Assembly (NCBI GenBank): GCA_963693365.1
Contig: CAVNZM010000002.1
Location: 2,124,259 to 2,188,258 of the forward strand
Source of the DNA: Amoebidium appalachense
Taxonomy: Eukaryota; Protista; Ichthyosporea
Direction: 5' to 3'
DNA length: 64,000 nt
How positions within the stretch are numbered: the first letter of the stretch is position 1; each line of letters opens with the position of its first letter. This document shows positions 1 through 21,539 of the stretch, one piece after another. The notes below the pieces were generated by a model. That model was not told the DNA's origin, did not search any database, and saw only the letters and a list, made by a program, of their open reading frames with translations. The translations under genes were made by a program, and so were the position numbers.

Positions 1-1091
1 AAGGTGGGAAAAAACAGGTAGGAGGGAGGTGGATAGAACAGGGTACAAAGCGAAGAACCACAGATACCAGCACACGGATTTTCGGTTGCCAAACATTCTG
101 CCTTTTACGAAGTTCGAAAGGAACATGCCTGGCGTGCAACAAATTGCTCTAAACCGAAGCAATAGACCACACAAAAGCAGAACGAAAGGTTCTGTGATAC
201 AGATATGGTACGCCCATGTACAAGGCACAGTCAAGAAGGTTCCTGGCGCTATACCAGCACCTGCACACATCATAAACTTTGTCACTTTACTGCAACAATT
301 AATCGTGCTAAGGATTGTGTTTACCTTCCCCAGCCACAGGCGACTGCATGGTGCCAGCCATACGTGTTCCGCATGTGTTTTACGTGAGTTAGGTGGTGCT
401 TGTCTGGTTCGCTCACACGGAGAATACTGTGAACGTTACCATCAGCAGATCTAAATGTCTTGTCCAATAAACATTCAAAAAAACCCACACGGCATAGCTA
501 AACGAAGCACGGAAGAATTTAATTCACTAGTATTGGCCAAGGAATGGTGTTCCACAGAAATGGTGTTCCATATCACGTCAACATGCCTTTCAACTTTTTC
601 AGATAGAGAGCCTCTGAGAGTGAGAGAGAGCCTGTGTGAGAGAGAGAGCGAGAGAGAGACCGTCAAAGCATCAACAGAATGCTTTCATATGATTGGGTAG
701 ATTGGCTCAATCACAGGCAAATACTCAAATCTAATTGGGTTACTTTGAAACAATCCTGAACGATTTGCTTATGATCACGCATAGTAACCTTCGGGTCTTG
801 GATAGATCTGTCCTTGAGGCTTCAACCAAAACCGTTTTCAAGTTGTCTTGCTTTGGTGTTGGCAGCGTTTTCGTTTCTTTCAATGGATCCGGAAGGGTTG
901 TGTGCGGACTAAGCTCGTTAGGAAGTTGTATTGACCAACGTGCTTGATAGTGGTCGACATTTATCATCGGTTGATGCGGAACCTACCATATGTTCATTCA
1001 CCTCATATCATTTCTTCTGAGCGCACAAAAACTGTACAGGTTTGGTAACGCTTCTCTGTAGATACCGTTTTTTTTAGTGAGAACAAACAAG

Positions 1092-1637
1092 ATGGGGGCA
1101 TATTTCTCGTCTCTTTTCTCTCGTCTGTTTGGCGAGAAGGAAGTGCGTGTTCTTATTCTCGGCTTGGACGGTGCCGGCAAAACCACAATCCTCTATCGTT
1201 TGCAAGTGGGCGAGGTTGTGACCACGATCCCTACCATTGGGTTTAATGTCGAGACAGTTACCTACAAGAATCTCAAGTTCCAGGTGTGGGATTTGGGCGG
1301 ACAGACAAGCATCCGACCTTACTGGCGCTGTTACTACGCAAACACAGACGCTATCATTTACGTTGTGGACTCTGCAGACAGAGAGAGAATGTCCATTTCC
1401 AAGCAAGAGCTAGTTGCGATGCTTGAGGAGGAAGAGCTGAAGGATTCAGTTCTTCTTGTATTTGCAAACAAGCAAGACATGGAGGGCGCCATGACACCGT
1501 CAGAGGTTAGCAACGCGCTTGGCCTGTCAGTGCTGAAAAACAGAACGTGGTCCATCTTCAAGACCTCAGCCAAGAAGGGTACAGGCATGGACGAGGCCAT
1601 GGATTGGTTGGTCAACACACTGCAGTCAAGATCGTGA
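1092..1637 (+). CDS. ARL1: ADP-ribosylation factor-like GTPase 1 (181 aa, intronless)
   Basis: N-terminal MG myristoylation start. Motifs [39 protein letters not shown] (ARL1-typical) and FANKQD. ATG at 1092, TGA at 1635-1637. Confidence 0.96.
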   Translation: MGAYFSSLFSRLFGEKEVRVLILGLDGAGKTTILYRLQVGEVVTTIPTIGFNVETVTYKNLKFQVWDLGGQTSIRPYWRCYYANTDAIIYVVDSADRERMSISKQELVAMLEEEELKDSVLLVFANKQDMEGAMTPSEVSNALGLSVLKNRTWSIFKTSAKKGTGMDEAMDWLVNTLQSRS

Positions 1638-2529
1638 GTTATCTTCCAGTCATACTCCCTAGCTCTTGTTGCTATGCTTTCGCATTAGGCCGATCAACCT
1701 TTTCAAGTTTCGCGTAAGGGCAGGCGAAAGCTTCAATAGTGGTCATAGCATCAGTCTGACGAACTCAAGCAACACCACTCTTGTTCACGTTGAATGGGGG
1801 GCTTTGTTTCACTAGAAGTAACGTTTTACACAATTACACGAGGCGGGTGTACATAGGTCTTTGACAATAAGCACATCGGTGTGTGCTCCTTATAGTGTGT
1901 TTGTTGATGCAGGGTGTACTAGAACGAGCTCGTGTTAGCTGTAGGTGGTTTGGGTTCTGTCTTGGGGATATATGGAAGTTTTTGGTGCACTGTACAAGAA
2001 TGGTCCTCATGCATCTTCAGGTACTTCACTTTCCAAATTCGTTTGAGTGAATGGACACACAGTTGTATGTGTCTTTGTTTACTGAAGAGAGTTACCCCCC
2101 CCCCCCCCCTCTCCCCCTCCCCCCCCCCCCCCCCCCCCCCTCCCCCCCCCCCCCCCCCCCGGTGCCCCTTCCTGTTTCCCCTAGGCTTCTTTCTTCACAA
2201 TATCACTCCCTTGCCGTGTTCGCACCCATGTGGTGATGGATCCCCCTCAATTTTGCGTAGCAATTTTTCCTGAACACACACACCCAACAGGCGAGCATGT
2301 GTAGTCACCTACACATATACACACACACATGCACATTCACGGAGACACACCAACATGCAGGCGCGCAGACACCCCCCCATCCCCCCGCCCCCTGTCCTCC
2401 CCTCCCCCACCCCCTTCCGCTGCTCCCTCTCTTCCATCCCTCCCCCTCCCCCTACCCCCCCTTCCCCCCACCCACACACACAAACAGCGTGCGCACACAC
2501 ACACGTCACACACGCACACCCGCGCGCGT

Positions 2530-2591
<62 letters not shown>

Positions 2592-2915
2592 TCATGCGTG
2601 CATGCCCACATAAACACACCACACATCAGCATACAACTCACAACTATGTGGCCACTTCATTTGATGATGAACAGATGCACGTGCATACCACCCACGTTTA
2701 CGTTTGTATTTGCACATCCACACCCCGTCCATGCAGCCATGTGTATACCCACCAACCTTCTCCCCCTCCCCCAACAAATGACTTGCTATTGACTTTTTGG
2801 CATACAGTGTAACAACTGTTATCCCCCCCCCCCTTTCGGCCAACGGCCCAGTGATGGTGTAGCTCTGCCGTGTAACTCATCCACGCCTGCAGAGTCCAAC
2901 TTCCCCCCCTCTCCC

Positions 2916-3993
2916 CCTTTGCATGTGTCCTGCACCATGCTTCTCATCGTGTATGCGTACTTCGTACTGTGTTCCGCATTCAAAACCCCCCCCCCCCCCT
3001 CCCCCTCCCTCCCTGAGGATGGGCTCTGCTTATGACGCATACTGTGCGCATGGCTGATGTTGCATGCTTGAATGTTTGCCTTTGCATGTGTCCTTCGTGT
3101 ATGCGTACTTCGTACCGTGTTCCGCATTCAAACCCCCCCAGTCTTCTTTCAGAGGTGTCTTTTCAGGACAGACCACTGTGTGGAGACCGCTTTAGTTCCA
3201 TGCAACCGGGCATGGTTGCTCTGTGTCGTGCATCTGTAAGCACATACGCATTTTCCGCTGCACTGCATTAATTTGCACACACATATTCACCGTTTTGCTC
3301 ACCTTGATTGCATAAGCAACCCTGGATCAAGACGGGTTGACCCTCCCAAGTTCAGTTGATGCTGCTGTCTGAGTTGGAGAGTCGTATATACGCGGGCTAA
3401 GGGGTCGAAACTCAACCGCAATTGATGACTTGGGCCCTCCCTGAGGATGGGCTCTGCTTATGACGCATACCGTGCGCATGGCTGATGTTGCATACTTGAA
3501 TGTTTGCCTTTGCATGTGTCCTTCGTGTATGCGTACTTCGTACCGTGTTCCGCATTCAAACCCCCCCAGTCTTCTTTCAGAGGTGTCCTTTCAGGACAGA
3601 CCACTGTGTGGAGACCGCTTTACTTCCATGCAACCGGGCATGGTTGCTCTGTGTCGTGCATCTGTAAGCACATTCGCATTTTCCGCTGCACTGCATTAAT
3701 TTGCACACAAATATTCACCGTTTTGCTCACCTTGCTTGCATAAGCAACCCTGCTCGTCTAGATCAAGACGGGTTGACCCGCCCAAGTTCAGTTGATGCTG
3801 CTGTCTGAGTTGGAGAGTCGTATATACGCGGGCTAAGGGGTCGAAACTCAACCGCAATTGATGACTTGGGGCCTCCCTCAGGATGGGCTCTGCTTATGAC
3901 GCATACTGTGCGCATGGCTGATGTTGCATACTTGAATGTTTGCCTTTGCATGTGTCCTTCGTGTATGCGTACTTCGTACCGTGTTCCGCATTC

Positions 3994-3995
<2 letters not shown>
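2916..3995 (+). mobile_element. Head-to-tail array of a ~430-bp non-coding SINE-like repeat (family 1): two 5'-truncated and two full units
   Basis: Units at ~2916-2985, ~3007-3132, 3140-3560 and 3568-3995. Each ends CCGCATTCAA(A) followed by a C-run. The period is 428 bp and the full units are nearly identical. Confidence 0.85.
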
Positions 3996-4031
<36 letters not shown>

Positions 4032-4904
4032 CGCGGACACACACACACATACTCCCATAGGGCCCCAGGAGGGGCCTCTGCGCTCAACCCCCTCTCCTTT
4101 AATTCGGACACACAGACAGACATACACACACGGAGAGAAGTACAATTGCACACACACACAGTTGCACAGACAGAAAGATGTGCCAGAGTTGTCGGGAATT
4201 TCACCGCACCTCAAAGTTTCTTATTACTAGTTTTCTTGGTTTACCCCTCCACCTTGTTACCCATACACCGTCGGAATGATCCGTACAGATGATGCATGTG
4301 TACACCCTCGTTTCACTAATGTATGCGGATAAATTCCTCTCGTCTCCTTCCCTCTCCCTTCCCCTTCTGTAACACCTTCAATTCCCCGGCCCCCCACCAC
4401 CTCCAGGCGTATGGGCACACACAAACACTGTGGCTGCACCGAAAGTGCCCATACAAATTTGCTCAATCTTGCCTTTATGGGGGCACCCGACGGGCTGCAT
4501 ACAGCATGTGTAGCTAGCTACCCGTGTACGGCACACAGAACTTCTCGGAGTGCATCGGATATATAAATTCATGCATGACGTTAGCACACTTGAAAGAGTT
4601 TATTTTGTATCGGCGGCGGGGAGGGGAAAAAGGAAAGCAGAGGATCGACACCCAGCCTGAGACCGTTCCGTCTGGCCCCCACCCCGGCCCCCTACCCCGG
4701 TTCAAAACCAATCAACCAACCACCGCCACTTCCGGACTCTGTCCTGTGGCCCCACCCTGTCCTCCAGGACCTGCTCCGTCTTTTTCTGAACTAATTCCCC
4801 TACCCTTCCTAGAACCTCCCCGTGCATACGTAACAACCATGGCCAACAAAACCAGACATTTTCGGAGGCCCAATACATTTTCAAATCCCCCCCCCCCCCC
4901 CCCC

Positions 4905-4941
<37 letters not shown>

Positions 4942-7441
4942 GCCCCTCGCACGCACACGCATGCATGCACACGCACACACACACACACACCACACACAAG
5001 AAGAATGTCAGCTTTAAGCGGCACCCCATATTATTTGCTTGAGTTGTGAGCCTTGGTGAACGTGTTAACGTTACCAGAAGGCTTGTGTACGTGTGCCCTT
5101 GTTGGTGCAGCGGTGGTCTCGGTTGTCTTTGGATGGGCGGGTCACGTTTGTTTAGAGGGGGGGTGGAGGGGGGGGGGGGGATCCAGGGGGGGAAGTTGTG
5201 AGGCTCAGCCGAGATATCTCTCTTATACCAACCGGCGTGGCTGGGGTTGATACCCTGGGCAAACTGTGTACATATAGTTAGGATGGTTATAGGTGTGTTA
5301 GTCTGATCATGAGCTACTATTATTAGCATTATAGCACCTTAGCTAGAGTACTGTCGGTGCTGGCCGGATCCGGAAGACGGTAGTTCCTACTGAGGGCCCC
5401 TAGGGGTACCTCCGGGAACAAAATGGGATAAAAAAAAAAAAAAAACACATCTCTCTTATGTGCGGGGAAACTTGGGGGCATCTCCCTTTCGCGGAGTTTC
5501 TCGCTTGAGAAGTGGTTTCTTCAACGCCTGGTGCGGTCCACTGCAACCTATGGTAACTTCTACACGCTGTCTACGCTTCTACGCGACCTATTGGCGGTGG
5601 GCTGCTGCAACTTCTTCAGCTACTTCTGCGCTGCGTGAGTGGGAGGGGCGGCTACTTGGTCGTCGGGGAGCTTTCCAAGTGACTGCCAGTCCTTAGCCTC
5701 CAGTCGTATGGCAATGACCGGGTTTGCTTGCATGCATTCTGTAATTGTATTTTTCTGTGTGTCCTGCCACAACTAGGCCACCTTATCAGAGAGCTAGATG
5801 CAATTTCTCCGGGCCGGGCCCGTTGGGATAGTTTTTTAGCTCAGATTTGGTCTGCATTGCTCTTTTAGAGGCTGACTTGCTTGCTGTGCCTCGGTAGGTT
5901 TTGAGGGGGGCCTGTTGGGAAGCAGCAGTAATGATGTCTTCTTGCGGAGTGTGGTCTGGTCAACTTCGATGCATATGACTAGTTGGAGCAAACTAGTTTC
6001 ACGCATACACGTACACTTAAGGCTTTGCCCGCTGGTGTCCTTTGTCACTTGTCGCTTTATTTTTATTTCGTAGCTTTGGCTTTTTCAGTTCTATTGGTGG
6101 TTATGTAGCCTGTGGCTGCACGTTGCCTTCCTCCACGGATCAATAAAACCGGGTCAAAAGAAAAAAACTTTGAGCTTTTAGCCCCAAAATGGCTGCAAAT
6201 ATATCCTTTTTATTCCAGATGCAGGTGAAAGTTCTGTCCCTGTGGCTCACCTTGATGAACCATCACCTGTAGGGTGACGAGGGTCAACTTGAACTTAGCC
6301 TGGTCACGTTGTGACGATTCGTTTTGGACAGGCGAATGAAAGGTTTGGGGGCGGTAGCATTTCCTAATAGTTTATCAAAATGATATGAGATGAGATGTTG
6401 CCTGAGGAAAGTGGTCTGAGCATAGACTAGGAGGTTTATGGGGTTTACGTGAATGTAGGTAGCAAATGGGTGCAGCACAGCACGAATCCAGGTTATGCAA
6501 ACTCGATGCTTTAATAATACGTGACATGAACAGGAGAGAGTGAGAGCAGATGGCCATGTTGGCCTGACCTTTGAAGGTACAAGCGTTCACACTACTTCAC
6601 CATCTGCCGTTCACCAGATCTTACTCTATCTCACAACCACGTATAGACCAGAAAGTCTTCACCCCTTCTACGATCTTTGACACATCGTTATGATACATAC
6701 CGGGTTGCCGACCCATCATAACCCGTGTTCCAGTATAAAAAGGCTATTAATAGTTTCATCGTTTTTGTAATTAGGGGGATAGTTGCCCCACAAAGGGGTT
6801 TCCAACCTATAAATCTACCCGACCCAGCGAACCCGGTGTGACCTGTTTTGGTGCTCCTTGCAAACATGGATCGATATAGTCAACGGCAGGCCAGCGTTGA
6901 GGTGTGTGCACGGAAGGGCACGACGCTTTCTCTCTGCATTTTCTTTTCCTCTCTTGCGCTTTGTTTTCCTTTCTCCTGAGACCCCCCCCCCCCCCCCGGC
7001 CCCCTTCCCCTCCCCTGGTTCCTGCCGTCTTCATTCGGTCTTAAATCTCCCCTCCTTTGCGCTTCCCTTTCTTCCCTTACTCTTCCTATACAATCCTTCT
7101 ATTCGTGATAGACTACGGAATCCCTCCCTCCCTGCCCCCTCCCTCCCCCCCACCCCCCTCCCTCCCTCCCCCCCTCCTCCCCCCCCCCCTCCCTCCCTCT
7201 CTCCCTCACTCACTCACTCACTCTAGCCCCCCCCCCCCCCCCCTCCTTTTTTCTCTCTCTACCCCCTCCCTCCCCACCCCCCCCCCCCCTCTCTCTCCCC
7301 CCTCCCTTTTCTTCTCTCCCTCTCTCCCTTACAAATTCTCTCCCTCTCTAACCTTCCATGCCTCCCCTCCCCCCCCCCCCCCCCTCCCTCCCCCACCCCA
7401 CCCCACCTCTCCCCCTCTCTTCCCTCCCCTCCCACCTCTCC

Positions 7442-7486
<45 letters not shown>

Positions 7487-7792
7487 CCCCCCCCCCCCCC
7501 CCCCCCCCCCTCGTACCCCCCCCCCCCCCCCCATTCCTTCCATCAGAACATCCCTCATTGCTCCTGTCCATGGCACCCTTATTCCCCCACTCATATCCAG
7601 ATACAACTATCAGCGTGTATTTGCACCTGCGTGCCGTTGTTAGATTTAGCCACTCAAGTGTCGGTCTGCTGGTGAATCTCTTTTTATGCGTCATTGTTTC
7701 TCATGTTGTCTCTGTCTGGCTGTTTCCCTGCACCTATGTACTGTCCATGGGTTTTCTACAAGCAGGGGTGTACTTGCAGCCTAGGGCAGCTA

Positions 7793-7838
<46 letters not shown>

Positions 7839-8282
7839 CCCTCCCCCCCTCCCCCTCTCTGCCCCCCCTCGCCCCCCCCTCCCCCCCCCCCCTTTTCACT
7901 CCGCTTGCTCCCTCACATCCTTTTAAATATGTATTACATGCATGGGATGTGTCCGTCACAATCCTTCCTCCTTGTTTTTTTTTTAAACCTTTGATTCAGT
8001 CCCCCCCCCCCCCCCCCCTCCTCCTCTACCCCCCCTATCCCCGGCAGTGCCATAAGAGAAGGGAAAAAAGCTCCGCACACACACACACACACACACACAC
8101 AGGCACACAAGTAGCACGCGCGCACGCACACACACACACACACGCACACACACACGCACACACACACGCACACAGAGACAGACACTCGTGCGTGCGCGCA
8201 GGCATACAGATCTATCCACACAACCTCTCCCTCAACTGCCTATCACCTACCTGCTTCCCTTAGTGTAAAAATCTGTCATATA

Positions 8283-8317
<35 letters not shown>

Positions 8318-8565
8318 CCCCGCCCTAAATATTTGGAGTTAGGCATACATATACTAACCCCCATTCAAAAACATTTAAACATATAATTACACGTGTTTTG
8401 TTGCCGCACAAGAAATTGTCGGCCCTTATGAGACAATGTGCGCGCGCACACACACACACACACGAATTTATGTCAGGCCTCCTCGCTAATCTCAATATGT
8501 CAATTCTCAAATACACACATACATAAACATGCACACACACACATACATACACACGCACACACACA

Positions 8566-8607
<42 letters not shown>

Positions 8608-8620
8608 CACGCACACACAC

Positions 8621-8656
<36 letters not shown>

Positions 8657-8704
8657 CACATACACACTCGCGCACACATACGCACACACACACAAAAACA
8701 AACG

Positions 8705-8782
<78 letters not shown>

Positions 8783-9311
8783 CAGCCACGCGCACCTGGG
8801 CCCCGCTTGTCGATCCCCCGTGGCTATGGCAGTCTGTCTGCAGCCGAGTTGGGGCGTGGGAGAGGGGCAAATGAAACCGAGCCACCAGACACAAATGCAG
8901 GTGGGGTAGAATTCTGGCTTTCTCTCTCTTCCCGTTTTCCTTTTTCTTCTTCCTCTTCATAAGGGTTGTTGAGGTTAAGAATAAAATAATAATTATCAAA
9001 TAATAAAGAATAAAGAATAGCTTTTCCATGACAGGATTGGTGTTGGAAAAAAAGGCATCTTATGTCAGTGTGGGTGTTTCTGACCAAATCTATGTTTCTC
9101 AGCCCCAGGCACCCCACGGCGTGTTGACTCCATCATGGATTTTGTCTATGTCGAGTCGGGGGTTGAAACGGAGGACCACGTCACCACCAGTCTAGAAGAT
9201 ATTGCTTGTGGGATATCCCCCCCCCCCCCCCCCAAACCCCCAAACCCCCAAACCCCCTCCCTGCATGCATGCACACACGCGCATTCACGGACACACACAA
9301 ACACACACACG

Positions 9312-9342
<31 letters not shown>

Positions 9343-9371
9343 ATGCACACACACACACACACACAGACACA

Positions 9372-9422
<51 letters not shown>

Positions 9423-9749
9423 GGAGGGAGGGAGAGAGAGGGAGGGAGGGAGTGGGGGGGGGGGAGGGAGGGAGGGAGGGAGGGAGGGGGAGGGGAGGGG
9501 GGGGTAGCGAGTGAGGGAGGGTGGGAGGGAGGGTGGGGGGGGAGGGGAGAGGGTGGGAGGGAGGGATGGATGGAGGGAGGGAGGGAGGGAGGGGGAGAGA
9601 GAGAGAGTGAGACCCCAAACACACAGTAACAAACACACAAAAACACCAAATACCATAGTTTACGTCGTGCAAATAAACTGATCGGGCGTTTTTTTTTATC
9701 GGTCTTGAAGTGCCCTTGAAATAGGCCGTCACCAACCACCGCCTCTATC

Positions 9750-16416
<6,667 letters not shown>

Positions 16417-16513
16417 CGGGGTTAAAAGAAAGGGAATGCTTCGCTGGTGTTTTGCGGGTGGGTGGGTGCACGTGGGGTTGGTGGGGTTGTTTTGTGTATG
16501 TATGTTAATATTA

Positions 16514-16869
16514 CACGAGAAGACAAACGAAATTAAAGTTCGATCGGCATAGATGGGCCTAATTTTAAATTCCAATGGTTAGCAGCCAATATAATTTTAT
16601 AGTTTGATGTAAGACCAAATCAACTTGATTATTGGTCAATTTCAAGATTTGAATTCGATCGTCATCTGGAAAAAACAGTTTCTTTAATCGGAGCTTGTCA
16701 AAAACACATGTATCCTAAAAAAAAAACTTTTCTGTTCGCGCATCGCTAACAAACAAATGGTATCGTTCGATAGGTAAAAAAATTAGCTTTCATTTAGATA
16801 TAGGTTTGAGGGGGTTCTGATCGGTGCGAAGGGTCGAAAATTGCAAAAAACAGAATTTGTCTTCTCGTG
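16514..16869. mobile_element. MITE-like element, 356 bp, with perfect 14-bp terminal inverted repeats
   Basis: CACGAGAAGACAAA (16514-16527) and TTTGTCTTCTCGTG (16856-16869). The interior is AT-rich, non-coding and microsatellite-free. No clear TSD. Confidence 0.6.
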
Positions 16870-17261
16870 GAAGATACATATTAGTGTGTTCATGCAGCGT
16901 GTCGGTGTGTGCGTTGTTTTAGGCAAGAAAAATAATTATGCATGAATGTTGGTGAGGTTAGCACATTAAATCTTAGCCTGCACACAAATATATATATTTT
17001 ATGCATGTGAATGAGACATAATCGAATGAACTTCACTGTGATAAGGCATATCAATTATTAAATACGCGATTTTCAAACATATTCCATAAACGACATACAA
17101 TTAGTGATTGTGAAACCGTAGGCAGGTGGTGCCTATGTTAACTGAAGTCGTGTCGTGCTATATTAGTGTATGTAAATATTGAACTTCGAATTTAGACCTG
17201 AAAAGGTAAATTCAAAACAATAAACATTAACGGCTATGGAATGTGTCTGGGCAGAATCAGT

Positions 17262-17307
<46 letters not shown>

Positions 17308-17808
17308 ACACGCACACGCACACGCACACGCACACGCACACACACACGCACACACACACACACACCACCACCACCACCACCACCACCACACACCCTGCAT
17401 TTACTAACGTAAGTGCACATCTGGATGAGGGATCCCCGGATGTTGGTTTCTTTGCACCCCGGAGGATTGGGGGGGTAAACGGGGGGGGGGGGGGGGAGGG
17501 AGGGGAGTGAGGGGGGGGGGGGGGGGGGGGGGGGGGGGATGTGTGGCACTCTGTCTTTTGGTACATGTCCCCGGGGAAGCACACATTGCAGCCTTTCTGG
17601 ACCCGAGAGTCTACAAAACAACAGCCCACAGGGATTCAAGTTATGAAGCCTTCAGCTCAAAATCACGCCGCATGTTCAACCTTGAGCATACTTCGAGGCA
17701 TAAAGTCCAACACATAAGTATATGTAGCCACCACACAGCGAGAATCAGACATCCCCCCCCCCCCCCCCCCCCCCCCCCACAAAAAAAAAAAAAAAAAAAA
17801 AAAAAAGA

Positions 17809-18579
<771 letters not shown>

Positions 18580-18809
18580 TAGAATGATTCAACTGATCAT
18601 GATACCATACTGTGGTTTAGCCCTTGTTGATCTACAGAGAAAGCCCTTGTTGATCTACAGAGAAAGCACGACATAAAAATAGACCAATTTCGCACATCGT
18701 CGTGGCAATGTTGCAACAGCAATGTTGCAATTGCAATGTTGCAATTGCAAAGGTGACAATCTCTACCGTCTCGATTTTTGCTTATTCTTAGTCCGAGGCT
18801 TATTGCTTA

Positions 18810-18856
<47 letters not shown>

Positions 18857-19067
18857 CCGCCTCTCTTCCTGGGCCCCCATCCCCATTCTCCCACCCCCCA
18901 CCCCCCACCCCCCACCCCCCCCACCCCCCTCCACCAAACACACACACACCTTTTTCCTTGAAACCGGGATATTCCGGAAGAAAGAAATATTGTGAAGAAA
19001 ACATAAATACCGTGATTTTAGCCACGTTGACATATGCATGCTGCAGCTAGATTTGTTTTTTTATAAC

Positions 19068-20615
19068 TTAGTAAAGTTCTGGGCGGACATGTGCCGCCGC
19101 CAAATACTTTTTTCTGTGTGCAAAATACGTCGCATTCACCACTACGGCAGATATTACAGCAACACCAGTCACAAAGCCCATTGGGGCCCATACGCTCTTT
19201 TCAGCCAAAACATCCGCAAGGGTTGGACTTAAGCCTCCAAAAGTGGCAAGTGTGATGTTATAGAACAGAAACCCAGTAACCCTTACGTGTGTGGGGAATA
19301 GCTCTGCTACCCAGTACACACTTCCTGAAAGCATCTTTAACACTCCTAACCATATAATGAAACAATAGCAGCCCATCGGATTTGTGTTTTCTAGCTGCGA
19401 CGTGATCCCCGACCACACCAATGCGCTTAAAGGAATTGCCGCGACTGTTGTTACGCACAACACACGTCCGATTCCAAACATGTCCACAAATGGAGCCATA
19501 ACAATAGCCGTAATCATAGCAATGAGTGTGCTGATTACAGTTGCGGTGAGTGCGCCATTTGGTGTTACCTCCCCAAATTTCTGAATAAATGTCACCGCCC
19601 ATGAACCGCCCACGTACGTGCTGCTTCCCATCGAACACGTGCCAAACAAAACTATGGCACAGTTGATCGGGTAATCTCGAATGATCTCGATCAATGGTGT
19701 CAGGAACTTCCGGCTGAAACTGGGGCGGGTGGGCACCGACCCTGTCTGTTTTTCGGTGCACGTTTCAGCATCGGAAGACTGTGTATTCCCGCACACTTCC
19801 TCCTTAAAAGCGGATGTTTCCATTGCCTCGGATCGCAGATAAATCGATAAAACTCCTGGGAAAATGACGAGCAAATAGGGCACACGCCATCCCCATAGGT
19901 TCATCTGATCTGGCGACAAAAGCAATACCAAAATGTTCACAACTGCAACCGCGAGTAGTGTTCCTATGTTTGTCGCCACGGATAGAATCCCCGCTCCGGC
20001 TCCCAAAATATCCTTGTTGTGCAACTCTGCCAGTTGTGTGGAGCACACACCCATCTCACCACCCACGCAAAACCCCTGCACACACCTCAACACAACAAAA
20101 ATCACTGTCCCCGCCGTCCCCGCAGCACTCCCTTCACCGCACGTGTAGTACGACGGAAGAAACCCGGGCAAAAATGTTGCAATAGTCATACCAATAACGG
20201 CAACGAGCATAGAAATGCGTCTGCCGTGCACATCGCCCAACCAACCGAAAAAGAGGGCACCGAAGGGGCGCATGGCGCAGGAGGCGGAGAAGATGGCCCA
20301 TGTGAGGGTGCTGTTGTTGCGGAAGAAGTTGATCTGCAGCTGAGGTGCTAAATAGCCGTAGACGCCAAACTCGTACCTGTTTTTTTTGCATTTTGATTAG
20401 TTGAATCAATTGTGCATGGGGCCTACACCCCTATATATTAACCAAACACCTCACACAGAGACAGCCAACCGTTTCCACGGTGGCGTGCACGCACACACAC
20501 ACGCACGCACACACGCACACACAGAGACACGCATAACACACACATCATACACACCGTTGAACCACACGCACACATGCGCACGCACACGCACACGCACACG
20601 CACACGCACACGCAC

Positions 20616-20682
<67 letters not shown>

Positions 20683-20935
20683 ACCCGTGCGTGCGCACGC
20701 ACGCACACACAATGGCACATACACACACACACACACACACCGGCGCGATACTGTAACAATTACATACATACACACACCGTACTGCACATAGTAGACATGA
20801 GCGGTACACAGGCACACAAGGGTTCACACACAAAATACATATGAGCGCACATGCGGATACATGCTCATGCACACGCACTCACAAAACGCGCGCGCGCGCG
20901 CACACACACACACACACACATACGCACACACACAC

Positions 20936-21029
<94 letters not shown>

Positions 21030-21069
21030 CGCACACGCGCACGCGCGCACACACACACACACACACACG

Positions 21070-21156
<87 letters not shown>

Positions 21157-21539
21157 CCACACAAACATGACCATGCACTCACACACAAAATACGCACGCA
21201 CACTGTCGCACACAAGCTTTCAAAGGATATCGAAAGCACACCAGACACACAACTAACGTGCAGCAAACAGTGTTTCACCTTGACGCTAGCACTTGTGCAT
21301 GTGTGCACGTACCATTCAAAGACATGGCCCATGCAGATGTACCATTGTGACCTCACCAATTTCCCCACTTTCCACAGGTAATCCTCTGGCAGGCGCATGC
21401 CCCGCTGGCTGTTGGTTTGCGGCAAAGTTTCTGGAGCCCTTGCGCACATACCACTACTTATTTGATTGGCTTTTTCTTCTTTCCCCATTTCCTGAAAGGG
21501 AAAGGACGCTTGCATTTGATTTGTGCACTCTAAAGCCAT
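19068..21539 (-). CDS. MFS transporter, metabolite:H+ symporter (ProP-like) family, ~511 aa
   Basis: Exons 21539-21313 and 20376-19068 join to give MGHVFEW-YEFGVYGYL. Also MRPFGALFFGWLGDVHGRR, LRCVQGFCVGGE, WGWRVPY and ELFPTHVRVTG. The start codon choice is uncertain. Confidence 0.9.

Noticed and set aside
3032-3271. Recurrent peptide MTHTVRMADVAYLNVCLCMCPSCMRTSYRVPHSN (also at 3460, 27848 and 57350)
   Set aside because: It recurs only because the repeat recurs. Other copies carry frame-breaking indels, and the ORF crosses the unit junction.
3361-3420. tRNA or tRNA-derived SINE head (GAGTTGG A-box-like, GGTCGAAAC B-box-like)
   Set aside because: There is no cloverleaf, the B box lacks GTTC, and the segment is internal rather than at the 5' end. 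It is not excluded as a remnant.
3401-3455. Hammerhead ribozyme (GAAA plus CUGAGGA/CUGAUGA boxes) or HDV-like ribozyme (GGCUAAGGG) in family 1
   Set aside because: Stems II/III and the NUH site cannot be built convincingly. The helix order does not fit HDV, and the would-be catalytic C is missing in the 41150 copy.
2916-3995. CRISPR-like array
   Set aside because: The units are ~430-bp near-identical repeats with no unique spacers, there are no cas genes, and the context is eukaryotic.
5250-6700. Unique-looking sequence with an A-run at 5429-5445 and short ORFs (possible retroelement relic or gene)
   Set aside because: No recognisable motifs or consistent splice model. A-runs are common in this window.
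18619-18664. Short two-copy tandem repeats (23 bp here, 21 bp at ~29626-29667, 31 bp at 61236-61296)
   Set aside because: Ordinary slippage duplications with no further structure.
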